A stretch of DNA of 64,000 bases, taken from NCBI RefSeq assembly GCF_036321535.1, contig NC_087459.1:25544001-25608000 (forward strand). The letters run 5' to 3'. The notes beneath the pieces were generated by a model. The model was not told the origin of the DNA. It ran no database searches and was given only the letters and a program-made list of their open reading frames with translations. Positions 23,905-35,387 of this stretch are shown here, piece after piece (the first letter of the stretch is position 1; every line of letters starts with the position of its first letter). Source of the DNA: Camelus dromedarius. Lineage: Eukaryota. The position numbers and the translations under genes were made by a program.

Positions 23905-24035
23905 CATTGGAATTTCCTGCGAGTTTGCAAACAGACTTCTGGGTCCCAGCCCAGACTTGCTGCATTGGACTTTCAGAGGTGGAGCCTAGAATCTGTTTTT
24001 CAAAAGTTCCCTGGGTGATTCCACTGAATAGTCAA
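23905..24035 (+). mobile_element. MER5A/MER5B fragment
   Basis: CTGCGAGTTTGCAAACAGACTTCTGGGTCCCAGCCCAGACTTGCTGCATTGGACTTTCAGAGGTGGAGCCTAGAATCTGTTTTTCAAAAGTTCCCTGGGTGATTC. Confidence 0.65.
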
Positions 24036-24406
24036 CACGAGAAGCCCCGCCCTCCAGCATCTATTTAGCACAACGTGGAACACCCAGACGATTCTCACAC
24101 TATTTGCTTCTCAATGATTGACAGATCAATCCAGCAGCCACGCACATTTCCCCAAGCAGTCACACCTGCCTTGGAGTTGGAATTGTGGTGCCACTAGCCA
24201 AGGCTCTGAAAGCCCAGGAGAGCACCCCCCCCCCATCCTATAACCTCTGGGCAGAGTGCTCAGTGCACCGGGGTGGTCCCACGTGAGTTCACGGTTGCCC
24301 ATCCTCCTGGTGGTGGTAGGATGGTCTTCCCCAGGTTATTCTCAGCATGGGCTGGGGAGCAGCCTACTCATGGCGGGGCAGCCGCTGCTGCTCCGGAACC
24401 AGCTGC

Positions 24407-24630
24407 GTGACTCAGCACCCAGGGTTGCTGTTGGACGAGCGTGCCGCTCGTCCTCAGAAGCCATCACAGCAAGGTCTGCTCCAGCCTTCTCTGCCTCGCA
24501 TGCTAAGTCAAGGGTATCTGCTCCGTATGGCAATGCATAATTTACAGCATAATTGACTTCCTGCTTATATAGCCTATTCCGTACAAAGCTGCCATTTGCA
24601 TATTTATTAATTTACAAAATTAATGCCATT
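24407..24630 (+). promoter_or_regulatory. Candidate enhancer (ARE/MARE + octamer + homeodomain sites)
   Basis: GTGACTCAGCA 24407-24417 (NFE2L2/sMAF consensus), ATTTGCAT 24594-24601, followed by ATTAAT/TAAT repeats. Confidence 0.3.
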
Positions 24631-24777
24631 TTCTTAGTCCCTTACAGGATGTGTTCCTGGTCCCTGTCTTTGAATTAATTTTCATCTAAGGTGGAAACAT
24701 TTGTTAAGGGAGTTGGCTCAGGCCAAAGTAATCAAATGCATGGCAATCAAATGCCAGTAAGGATGTGGGGAGGAGAG

Positions 24778-24965
24778 GGCTAACGTTTACTGAGTGCCTC
24801 ACCATGCTGGATTCCAAGAAAATTAATGGCGCAGAATGTGTCTCCAAAACATCCCTGTAATGACATATTGTTGCTGTTTTCTAAATAAGGACATTGAGAT
24901 TCCGAGAGAGTAAGGAGCTGGCCCGCTGTCACATGGTATGGGGCAGAGACTTGGATGACCACAAA
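24778..24965 (-). mobile_element. MIR fragment
   Basis: GCTAACGTTTACTGAGTGCCTCACCATGC..AAATAAGGACATTGAGATTCCGAGAGAGTAAGGAGCTGGCCCGCTGTCACATGG. Confidence 0.65.
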
Positions 24966-25269
24966 AGTCAAGAAACAGGCTTTCCATCTGTACCGATTTC
25001 CATTAGCCAAAAAGGCCATTCTTCTGCATAATAAGTATTTTTTTTCAGAGAGAGTACTCCACACCCCAGATATTTCTGTGCTCACAGATACCCTTGCCAC
25101 ATACCATCACACTTTAGACAGACAGGAGTGCACGATGCCTGCTCAGAATCCTGCCCACTGGTCATTGCTGGCACTGGAGCCGACCTCCCCAAGAAAACAA
25201 ATGTTTCGATCAACATCATTCTCACCTGGTGACACTGCAAAGGACTCAACAGGAAGGCAAGCCACTTTC

Positions 25270-26180
25270 CATTAACAAATTCTACCTTTACCCCTTGTCC
25301 CTCCAGCCACTAGCCTCCACCTCCCTCTCTTCATTACCTAACTTCTCAAAGATACAGTTTCCAATGTTTCTGTTGTCCTCTCTTCTCCACTGCTTCCTCA
25401 ACCTGTGTCAATAAGGTCTTCACCCCACCAAGAGCAATGACATGGTCACCATCTCAGCCACCAATGTCCTTTCTACTCGTATCTAGATCAGATCTCTCCT
25501 TGGACTTTGTTAGCGTTCACCACTCCTTCCTTGAGGCCCCCTTCCTTGCAGTGTCCCCAGCACAGACTCTCAGTCCTGCCCCCCCACCCCCTAGTGCTAT
25601 TTCTCACATCACCTTTTCCAGCTCCTCTTCCTCACCCTGCTTGGAGCAATTCTCTCGTGACTCCCAAGTCTGAGTCTCTAACCTCCTCCATCCATCGTCT
25701 ACACCAATGTCAGCAGGGTTTCTGAAACACAGTTCTGATCATATAAGCATTTTGCCTGACATTTTCTCTAATAACTCCCACTGCCCTTGGGTGGATGCAG
25801 TCACCTCTAGATTGTGTGGTAGAATTCACACTCCTCGGAGGCAAAGAATAAGCCTGCTTGTTCACATGGCCCCTTGCATATTATACGTGGTAGATGCTCA
25901 AAACATACTTGTTGAAAGGATGGATACCAGCCTCACCATTATGTGAAACCCAATTCTAGCTTGATCTCCCAGACTCCTCCTTTAGACCCAAGAGTCAATC
26001 GTCTCTGCCTTCAACACATCACGTCCTGGGCTTTGTCGCAACCCTGCCCCTGTGTACATACTATGCCCACGTGGCGGGATAATTCTCCCACACCATCCAC
26101 TTGGCACATGCCTCCTTCACACTCAGAGCTCAGTTCTGACTTGACCCATTTCCCTGATGCCCTCGTGACAGTGAGCTAAT
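25270..26180 (+). mobile_element. Degraded L2 body and 3' end
   Basis: Pyrimidine-rich sense L2 motifs (TTTCTGAAACACAGTTCTGATCATATAAGC..ACTCCCACTGCCCTTGGG), with a tail TGGTAGATGCTCAAAACATACTTGTTGAAAGGATGGAT near 25920. Confidence 0.6.
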
Positions 26181-27569
26181 CCTTCCTCCACAGAACCAGC
26201 CTTCTGTTTGCTTCCAAGATAGAGAAACAGAACAAAAAAATACGAGTGAGCTAAGAATCTGTACACAAAGTCTTCAACCAACCATGAACCATGGCTTAAG
26301 TCATCCTCAGAACACACAGGAAAATTTCAGGCTATAAAACACTTTATTTCTACTCAGAACTTACAGTCTCAAACACCAGCATAGCCGCCGGATAAATTGG
26401 ATCCTACAACTTCCATGCTACAGGATGCTTTTGCCCCAGTTGAGCAAAGACCCAAGGCTGAGTGGCCAACTTGGGCTCCTTCCTGTAAGACTTCAATTTC
26501 GATTCTCAAGGCCTCTGATGCTGAGGATGATCTGAGGCAAAGTAAATGAGGGAAAATGTTCCCGGGCTGGGGCTGTTTCTGCACAGGGGCTAGAGAGGCT
26601 GGCCCAAGCACCCACGCCTGCCAGGCTGTTCTCTGCCTTTGACTCTCACTTTCGTTGGCACCTAATGTTCTAATGAGGGTGGGGGCAGGAAGGACAGTGC
26701 TTTTTGCCTCCGAGTTAAAGAACATGTTCAAATTAGGGTCCCCAGGGCCAAAAGCATGAAGCAAAGAAGAGAGAATCCCTAAAACGTAACCTTGTAGCCG
26801 AGAAAAAGCCTTCAGAAGCCAAGCTTTCCCCTCTTCCCTGACATCCATCCCTCCTTGCTTCTCTCCTTTCATCCAGCAAACATTTACTGAGTATCTGTTC
26901 CTTGACTCAGTGACAGTCGTTGCCTTTGACCTGCCGGCAGGAATGATGAGGTCTAGAGCTCCCCCTAGAGGCCAGTCGTGATTGGGAAGAAAGGAAAGGG
27001 ATGCCTGCAGGTCACTCTGACAGTGATTGGATGATTCCCAGACAGAAGGAACAGTGAGACGCCCAAGGACACAGAGAAGTGGAGGGAACACTCCTGGGAG
27101 CATCAGCTCTTAAGCCCATCCAGGACGCATTCTGTAGGCGGAAGGGTGCTGTGAAGTTATTTGAGCAAAGCAAGCTATCAGAGCTGTGAGTTGTGAATTT
27201 CTGCCTTAGAAGGCAGACTGGAGGAGGGAGAAAGGCAGACTGGCCTCTTCTGGGCATCTGCTTTCTGCTGTTGTGGGCAGCATGCTTTTAATCCGTAAGT
27301 GACCATTCAAATCCCTGCTGCTTTCAATCCCCACGCTAAACCGGAAGACCAGGTAATATTTTTCCTCATTTGGCAGATAAGAAAAATCAAAGTCCCCAGT
27401 TTACATTAAAAATAGATGTGATCTGGAATTTGGACCCTAATTTTTTCCATACCGGAGCCCACACTCTCTACTTGCCACACTGACTTCAAGGGAAGAGAAG
27501 TCTGGGCTGCAGCTACTGGTTGGGATCATGCTGTGTCTGTTTGACAAGCCAAATAGACACACTTGTTGC

Positions 27570-27750
27570 CTTAAACAGCCATCCTGTGCCAACAGTGTGC
27601 CAAGGACTTTATATGTATTAGCTCAGTCTTCATAATAAAGCTGTAAATTGGTAGCAACAACAATAATAATAAAAGCTGTAAATAATTATCAGTACGATCC
27701 CCTTTCAGAAATGTTGACTTACCCAAGGTCACAGCTAGGAATTAGCCAAG
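27570..27750 (-). mobile_element. MIR fragment
   Basis: GTGTGCCAAGGACTTTATATGTATTAGCTCA..GTTGACTTACCCAAGGTCACAGCTAG. Confidence 0.55.
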
Positions 27751-28364
27751 ATGCATTTGAACACAAGAGATGACCTGGAGCAGGGGCTGGGAAATGATTT
27801 CTTGAAGGAGCTTTGGATTGTGGTGGGAAAGCAGCCACAGACACTGCGTCCACAAGGGGCATGGTTTTGTCCCATGGAAACTTTGTAACAACAGGCAGAG
27901 GGCCAGACTGGCCCATTTGCCATAGTCAACCAACCCCTGTCCTAGACTCTTTGTTTGGTTAAGAGATGGCCTAGAGGAAGGTGGATCCAGAAGGGCGTCA
28001 CAAGCAGTGGACTCAGACGTTCTGGTACGGACATCGGATGTGCGAAGGGCTGAAGGTGCAAGTGTGGTTGAAAATGGTGAATGTCGTCGGGTAGAGGTGG
28101 CCTGGACACCTGCACAGGTGGACTGCACAGCTGAACAGGGGCCAGATCTGCAAGGAAAAGGAGCCGGATGTTGAGGGCAGCAACAACCACGTGAAGGAAT
28201 GACAAACGTCCAGCAATCGATAGACTTTAAACAGGAGAATGTCCTGGTCATTCTAGAAAGGGCCCTCTGTGAGCTGAGGTGAGCCTAAGGAATCCTGAGG
28301 TTGGGGCTGGGAGGGTCACTTGAGAGGCTTCAGAACCATGCAGAGAAGAGTTAATAGGGCTGTC

Positions 28365-28810
28365 AAAACTCCATCAAACGGTGAATGGACAGAGAAAATG
28401 TGGCATATATACTAGTGTTATTCAGCCTTAAAAAGGGAAGGATTCCTGTTACCTGCTACAACATGGATGAACCTTGAGGCCATAATGCTGAAATAAGCCA
28501 TTCACACAAGAAAAGACAAATGCTGAATAATTCCCCTCACGTGAGGCACCTGGAGTAGTAATGTTTGTAGACAAAGAACATAGAAGGGTGGGTGCCACGG
28601 GCTGTCGGTGAGGNNNNNNNNNNNNNNNNNNNNNNNNNNNNNNNNNNNNNNNNNNNNNNNNNNNNNNNNNNNNNNNNNNNNNNNNNNNNNNNNNNNNNNN
28701 NNNNNNNNNNNNNNNNNNNNNNNNNNNNNNNNNNNNNNNNNNNNNNNNNNNNNNNNNNNNNNNNNNNNNNNATGGGTTTTTTGCTGGCTTGGGTTTTTTT
28801 TTTTTTAAGT
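28365..28810 (+). mobile_element. L1MB-type 3' end containing an N-run (28614-28771)
   Basis: CCATCAAACGGTGAATGGACAGAGAAAATGTGGCATATATAC..TATTCAGCCTTAAAAAGGGAAGG..CTACAACATGGATGAACCTTGAGGCCATAATGCTGAAATAAGCC. Confidence 0.85.
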
Positions 28811-29143
28811 CATTTTTAAAAGTAAGATAAAAGAGTTTATGGGGTTTTCAACTAAGGCAGCAATGGAGGAGGAGGTGAGGAGAGGCAGAGGTGGGAGGGG
28901 CAGAGAGGCAGAAGAGAAGGGCTGTTCAGCCTCAGCGGGCACACACAACTCTCCCAGATAACAGCGCTTGGCCTCCTGCTCCTCTGCCCCCCTCTCCTCA
29001 CCCCTGTCCTGCAGCATCGTTAGGCTCCCGTCACCGTGAATACGGTCCTCATGCTCTGGCCTGAGCCGCCAGCCGTGGGGCTGGACTGCTCTCACCCGAG
29101 TTCACCCGGTGTGGCGTCTCCTGCCATATGTTGGGCCACCCTG

Positions 29144-29323
29144 NNNNNNNNNNNNNNNNNNNNNNNNNNNNNNNNNNNNNNNNNNNNNNNNNNNNNNNNN
29201 NNNNNNNNNNNNNNNNNNNNNNNNNNNNNNNNNNNNNNNNNNNNNNNNNNNNNNNNNNNNNNNNNNNNNNNNNNNNNNNNNNNNNNNNNNNNNNNNNNNN
29301 NNNNNNNNNNNNNNNNNNNNNNN
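29144..29323. other. N-run (180 bp) in apparently unique, CpG-enriched sequence
   Basis: Directly visible; the flanks resemble no repeat I recognise. Confidence 0.99.
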
Positions 29324-30309
29324 TCCTCAATTTGGTTGAGATGCCTTCCCTCCTCCCCTTGGATGGGGTTTGCTTTTTTTTTTTTCCTTCCTGCATTTCC
29401 TGTGACGATTTGCAATTACACGCAATCTTTTAAGGATGGCTGGGCCTGGCTTGCTGTAACTTGACAACACCGGTAGCAAAAGCGATAACTAACGTTTGGA
29501 TCGGTGTTCTGGAGCTCGCAGAGGACTTGCACAAAACATTTTCTCGTTTATGCTTCAGCAATATATTGCTTTCATTTCAATATAAATGCACCGATTTTTC
29601 ATTCTTGGGGAAAATATCAGAAACATCCCTAGGCCGCGTCTCTCTCTATATTTTCTGCTCATCCCCAGCCGCATCTCATATTCCCACTCCAGCAAGTCAA
29701 TTACTATTTGCCAGACACACTGTGTTGCTACAGGCCTCCCCATCTCTGCACATGTCGGTCCCTCGCTGCGATGACTGTACTTTTCTCACCTGTCCGTGGA
29801 ATTTGTATGAATTTTCAAGCCCAACTCGAGGATCTCCTTTTCCAATCCACCTTGACAGTGTCCGTGGCCTTGTGTTAAGTCTGTAACACTGCTCTGCTGT
29901 CTAAGAAGGCTTTCCACAGTTACCGGTTTTATGTGCACTGTATCTTTTTTCATTGGCCCCTCATAATGACCGTGCAAGACAGTCATTAAACGTATCACCC
30001 TCATTTTATAGGCCGTGTGCTTGTAAAGCTCTTTAAAGGTTAATTGATTTGTCCAAAGCATTGCAGTCTGTAGGCAGGGCCTCTGCCAGGACCCAGGCAC
30101 AGAAATGCCCGGGCTTTGCTCTGTCTGACAGAGAAGCTCCCTCCTTCCTGTGAATCTTTCCCAAAGGGCCTCTGTCTCCCCACCCCACACATCTGCTATC
30201 AGTATGTCACAGAAACTTTAATGAAGTACATTCGTCTCTCTCTGACCCAGTCCCTCCCCACCGTAGCCTAAGGGTTTACTTCTGTTTTCATAAGCTTAAA
30301 GTTGGCTTC

Positions 30310-30545
30310 ACTGTCTAAGCTAGAAGTTAGGCACACAGGCTTCAGAAACACACAAAGAGCTTGAATCCCAATTTTCCCACTTACTCGATGTGTGACTTTG
30401 GCCAGTTTGTTGAAGTTATCAATCTGGGTAACTTTTTCTCTACTCTGGGTAAACAATAGTAACTACCCTAGAGGTTGGGAGGATTCTGATCAGTAACACA
30501 CGTAAAATGCTGCCTCTTGATCAGTGCTCACTACTTATTAACTTT
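30310..30545 (+). mobile_element. MIR
   Basis: GCTTGAATCCCAATTTTCCCACTTACTCGATGTGTGACTTTGGCCAGTT..AATAGTAACTACCCTAGAGGTTGGGAGGATT..CAGTGCTCACTACTTATT. Confidence 0.65.
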
Positions 30546-31142
30546 GGTTACAGTTACCATTGTAATCCTTATCATTATTTTCCTGACCTAAGAAATCCCC
30601 TCTCTATTTGCGGATGGGCCTTTGCTCCAGAATATTCTTTTAAACATTTTCTGTGACTGTGTGCAACAGGAAGAGCCAAGAAGGCTACCCACCAGGGAAG
30701 GTTCCTTCTAAACATTAGAGATTTATACATCTGGAAGGAGCCCAAGGGATTAATTTGGAAGTCCAGTTCCCTCTTTTCCAAGGTTAGAAATCAGATCCCA
30801 AGAGGGTAAAATGATTCACTTATCATTCATTTTCGTTTGATAAACATCTATTAATTGCCTGAACTGAAATTAATTGGGTACCAGTCTAAGTACCCAGGGA
30901 AGCCAATAAAAGCCTATTTCATCCAAAATATCTGAAGTAAAATAGTAATAGATCACCCTCTTGATCATCAGTGTGTCTGTTGTGCCTACCAGGGGGTCTG
31001 GCATGTTGTAGGAACTCAAAAAAATGTTTGTTGAATCATGGTGCCATTACCATTCCTACTGCATCTAATTTCTCGTAGTAATGTTCTTTCTTTGGAACAA
31101 ATTCCAGCTCAAGTCACTAAAATTATACCGCCCTCCTTAGCA

Positions 31143-31335
31143 AGGTGGTTCCTTATTTTCAGTATTTATCAATATCTCCTGGAGGCCTTGTTAATATGCA
31201 GTTGGCTGGGCCGCACCCCCAGAGTTTCTGATTCAGTACCTTATTCCTGAGATGGGGCCCTGAAATTTGCATTTCTCACATGTTCCCCATGTGATTGATG
31301 CTGCTGGACTGAGGACCACGTGTAAAGAATGACTG
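31143..31335 (-). mobile_element. MER5A-type MITE, near full length
   Basis: CCTGGAGGCCTTGTTAA..CTGGGCCGCACCCCCAGAGTTTCTGATTCAGTA..AATTTGCATTTCTCACATGTTCCC..GATGCTGCTGGACTGAGGACCAC..GAATGACTG. Confidence 0.85.
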
Positions 31336-31515
31336 ACTACTCTCAAGGGTGGCAGAGCCCTAGATGGAAAGATCTTGGATCCCTGAATCACCACATGGAA
31401 AATACCCACCAAACACCCACCCTGGATCATGAGTGAGTGAGAATCCATCTTTGTAGTGTTACAACTCTGAAATTCAGGGTTTATCTATTACAGTAGCTAG
31501 AATTACCTAACATGG
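31336..31515 (+). mobile_element. MLT1 (older MaLR, MLT1H-J-like) LTR 3' part
   Basis: GGTGGCAGAGCCCTAGATGGAAAGATCTTGGATCCCTGAATCACCACATGG..GTGAGTGAGAATCCATCTTTGTAGTGTTA..GGTTTATCTATTACAGTAGCTAG. Confidence 0.7.
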
Positions 31516-31794
31516 TGGGCGGCAGGGGAGAAGGTAGTTTTTTCTATGACGATCAAGAAGGTATAAAAAGTTTAGGCCTCTGATTATCATTCCTTGGCTT
31601 AAAATACAAGACTCTGTATACCCCAACTTTCTCCCCGCCAAGACTTCCACCAGGACCCCATATTCTCTAAATTCTTGGCCTGCCAGGTTGTAGGAGGTGC
31701 ATGAAGGAAGAGGCTAAGAGTGAGGCCACCCCAGTTAGCCAAAAGACAGCCTTCTGAAGGTTTAAGTATAGAATCAGAATAGAGTGAGCCCAGT

Positions 31795-31905
31795 AACTCA
31801 TTCATTCTTTAAGCAGTATTTGCTGAGTGCCAGTGTGGATAGGCACTGTTCTAGGAAGTGTGGATACAGTAACAAACAAGAGAGCTGAAGGCTTAGAGAA
31901 AAGGC
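31795..31905 (-). mobile_element. L2 3' end
   Basis: CTCATTCATTCTTTAAGCAGTATTTGCTGAGTGCCAGTGTGGATAGGCACTGTTCTAGGAAGTGTGGATACAG. Confidence 0.7.
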
Positions 31906-32674
31906 ACACAGGGTCGTCTGCCTGGTACTGATTGGCTCCCAGATGGAAGCGAGACAAACCCATGATCTAAATAAATGGGTTGACAGTCTCAAGAAAGTAG
32001 GATTATTTTCAGTCAGAAGGGGCAGTCGTTGGTCAGCATGGCAGATTCAGGAAGGCATCCTTTGGCCTTGGTGACACCTCCATCACCACTTAGACATCCC
32101 ATTTAGACTCTACTTATTAGGGAGAAATGTGCATCAGCTTGTCTTAGCTGCAAAGCCATCTTCTGTGCACTGTGTACAGGGGCACAAGGTGCAGATATGC
32201 TGATGTAAGCACCCCATCCTTACTGTCAGATTTGTCAGTGGAAAGTTACACAGGCTTTCTGGTTATATATCAGTCTATCAGGAGTTGGGCTACTGTGAGT
32301 CTCTCTGAAGAGCTTAGCCTATCACAGAACACTGACATAAATCAAGTTCCTAGGCTTACTCAGCCTAAGGGCTATTTTATGGACCATGACCCTATATGAA
32401 GCCTCAGGACATCTAATCAGCCGCCTTTCCCTGGTGACTTTTCATCTTTGTCACATGCCTTCTTTCCAACATTGACCCAAATTTGTTGTAGTTTCATACT
32501 TCTCAGATTTTGTGCATGCTCATCTCTGTCCGCAGTTGCCTCTCTGCCTTATCTGCCTACATTTTCCTCAAAATCCAGTTCAAATATCCTCTCTTTGGGA
32601 TGACTTTTCTTGTTGAATGTCTTTTCTGAATTACCATGGTCCGTTGGCCATACCTTTGTATTTAAGTCACATTA

Positions 32675-32865
32675 AGGCACTATTAAGTGCCTATTGAATG
32701 CAATTCCTGAGGTTGCTATTGTATTTAATCCTGATAGAAACTCCTTAGGGATAGATGTTGTTATCCACATATTACAAATGGTGAATTAAAGCCTCAAAAA
32801 AATTTAAGCCCAAGGTCACACAGTTAGTGAGTTTCCTAGGCCTGGATTCTGACTGAGATATGTCA
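32675..32865 (-). mobile_element. MIR
   Basis: TATTTAATCCTGATAGAAACTCCTTAGGGATAGATGTTGTTATCCACATATTACAAATGGTGAATTAAAGCCTCA..GCCCAAGGTCACACAGTTAGTGAG. Confidence 0.65.
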
Positions 32866-32884
32866 GGTACAAAGATGGTCGTTT

Positions 32885-33038
32885 TAGTTATTGTGCACTG
32901 TTGTTTTTTCACTAGTCTCCTCTCCAGGAGACTGTGAGCTTCCATAGGAACCATGCTTTTGATCGACTTCCTCACACATCTGCCACTGCCTGCACAGGAC
33001 ATGCTGTTTGTGCATGTATTGAATGAATGAATGAATGA
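32885..33038 (+). mobile_element. L2 3' end with (TGAA)n tail
   Basis: ..GACTGTGAGCTTCCATAGG..CTGCCTGCACAGGACATGCTGTTTGTGCATGTATTGAATGAATGAATGAATGA. Confidence 0.75.
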
Positions 33039-33890
33039 CTTTTTCACAAAGCAAGGGTATGGTCATGTAAAACAGATTTTGTACAAACATTTTATGTCAC
33101 TGTCTTTAGCTTTCTGCCCTGCTCTTCTCCATTCCATTTTAAAGATTCCACTAAGCTATTCATGGAAAGATGCTCTTCCTGGTCCCTTCAGGGGAACTGC
33201 TCAACCACACGATGCTAATTTTATGCAACTTGAATGACCCAGACATTGAGTTTACCTCTCTCATTTATACTACAGTAAGATTCCGCGAAGTGCTTGTTTA
33301 AGAGACAGAAGGAGACCGCCTCTAATCTACACATGATTTCTTCTCAACTGTTCTCTCTGTAACGGCAGATGGTTCACAGGCCCATCCTGTGAATGTTATG
33401 ATACTTAATGCGTAAGAGGAGTCTGGAGGGGGAAGAAAGAGAGATGAAGATGGGATCAAAGACAATTACCATTTGTTTATACTTCAAAGCCCCCTTGCGG
33501 GAGGACTTGCAGCTCAAAAATGGAGGGTGGGAATGGGGGTGGGGAGAAAGCCAGTTACATACAAGATAAAATCTGGAAAATGAGGCAGATAGAGTAAACT
33601 GACAGCAGAGATGTTTATTTTATGCAGATACAGACTTAGTTTCTTCTAATCTGCTTATTTAAATATCAAGGCTTCTCTAAGGCAATCTCCATTTCTTGCA
33701 TGAAATTTTCAGTTAAATAAAATTATTAATATTTTTACAACAAAGATGACAATGTTCTTACTACCGAATTATCTTATACAGTTCAGATAAAAACTTTTTA
33801 AAAACACTTATATTCTCCCATAAAACAAAAAATACAAATAAATTCCTAATATACTTTTAAAACAACGTACAGCCATGCCAGAAATGGAAA

Positions 33891-33897
33891 TACATAC

Positions 33898-33932
<35 letters not shown>
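33891..33932. repeat. (TACA)5(TA)11 microsatellite
   Basis: Directly visible. Confidence 0.95.
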
Positions 33933-34269
33933 CCACAAAGTAGGAGGCCATTTTTAGGCAAATTGGCAAAATTAGCAAAGGCACAAAAATGATGATTCAG
34001 ATTTTAGTCAATAATTAATGCAAAAATAAGAAACTCTACCCATTTTGTGCCTGACACCAAACTTTGCAATAGGAAACTCCCTTCCTGAGTCTGGATTTAT
34101 TTAAAAATCTGCATTTATAACAATCTGGATCTCTGGGGAATATAATTTTGCTTCTAGATTAAAATACGATCTGACAGCAAAATCATATTCCAAACTACAC
34201 ATAACACAACCAATTATTGAAAAACTCGTTAAGAGCAAGTCTGTTGGGCTGGATTTGCTACACACTTAT

Positions 34270-34420
34270 TCAGAGACTTTGAGAAACTTGTTAAATATCT
34301 TGAAGCCTTGATTTATTCCTCTGTAAAATGAAACCCAATAGGGTTCTCATGAAAATAAAATGAGGTATTTTAGGTAAATGCATTTTCCCTAAATAAAGTG
34401 AGGGCTCAAAACACCATTAA
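34270..34420 (+). mobile_element. MIR fragment
   Basis: GCCTTGATTTATTCCTCTGTAAAATGA..ATAGGGTTCTCATGAAAATAAAATGAGG..GGGCTCAAAA. Confidence 0.5.
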
Positions 34421-34686
34421 ATACACACTTATACCAGTCAGGCTATTCCACACCTTTGGGCTGCAATATATCATTGATGATCTTTCTGTGACTTTTTGTT
34501 AGACTTCTGAGCTACCATTTATTGGATGACATGATCCACTCATGTGACTTAATTAAGTTGGAGGAATTGGTTCAAACAGTCTTCATCATCATTAGTTCAT
34601 AAAGCTCAAAACATACAAATCTGGCCAAGAAGTTGCCATGTCTTCTCCCCTCAGGGAATTCAGAAGGGTTCCGTGGAATAATTCTT

Positions 34687-35387
34687 TAACTAATTGTTTG
34701 TTTGTTTGTTTAAATAGAAGTATAGTCAGTTTATAATGTTGCATTAATTTCTGGTGTACAGCATAAAATTTCAGTCATATATATATATACATACACATAT
34801 TCGTTTTCATATTCTTTTTCATTATAGGTTACTAAGAAATATTGAGTATAGTTCCCTGTGATACACAGTATAGACTTGTTGTTTACTTGTTGTGATACAC
34901 AGTTAGACTTGTTATTTTATGTATAGTAGTTAGTATCTGTAAATCTCAGTCTCTCAATTTATCCCTTCCTACCCCCTTCCTCTGCCTGGTAACCATAAGT
35001 TTGTTTTCTATGTCTGTGAGTTTTGTAAATAAGTGCATTTGTGTCTTTTTTTTTTTTTTAAGATTCCACATATAAGTAATCTCATATGGTATTATTCTTT
35101 TTCTGGCTTACTTCACTGAGAATGATGATCTCTAGGTCCATCCATATTGCAGCAAATGGCATTATTTTATTCTTTTTTATGGCTGACTAATATTCCATGG
35201 CTTCTTTATCCAGTCATCTGTCAGTGGACATTTAGGTTGTTTTCATGTCTTGGCTGTTGTAAATAGTGCTGCTATGAACATTGGGGTGCATGTGTCTTTT
35301 CAAATTAGAGTTCCCTCTGGAAATATGCCCAGGAGTGGGATTGGTGGATCATAGGGTAAGTCTATTTTTAGTTTTTTAAGGAAATCT
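34687..35387 (-). mobile_element. 5'-truncated artiodactyl-type L1 (about 700 bp) with TSD
   Basis: Antisense L1 3'UTR and ORF2 end (TCTAGGTCCATCCATATTGCAGCAAATGGC..GCTATGAACATTGGGGTGCATGTGTC..CCCAGGAGTGGGATTG). TSD TGGAATAATTCTT at 34674-34686 and 35391-35403. Confidence 0.92.

Noticed and set aside
26369-27103. 244-aa ORF on the minus strand as a single-exon gene
   Set aside because: It crosses an L2 3' tail (about 26870-26910), has an alternative start, and has no recognisable homology. Only its last part is kept, as an exon candidate.
28592-29464. ORF-track entries containing long X runs (also near 11.7, 38.1, 40.1 and 42.5-43.1 kb)
   Set aside because: They are open only because Ns cannot encode stops.
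33374-33394. Perfect 8-bp hairpin TTCACAGG-CCCAT-CCTGTGAA
   Set aside because: It is too short for a pre-miRNA and expected by chance in 64 kb.
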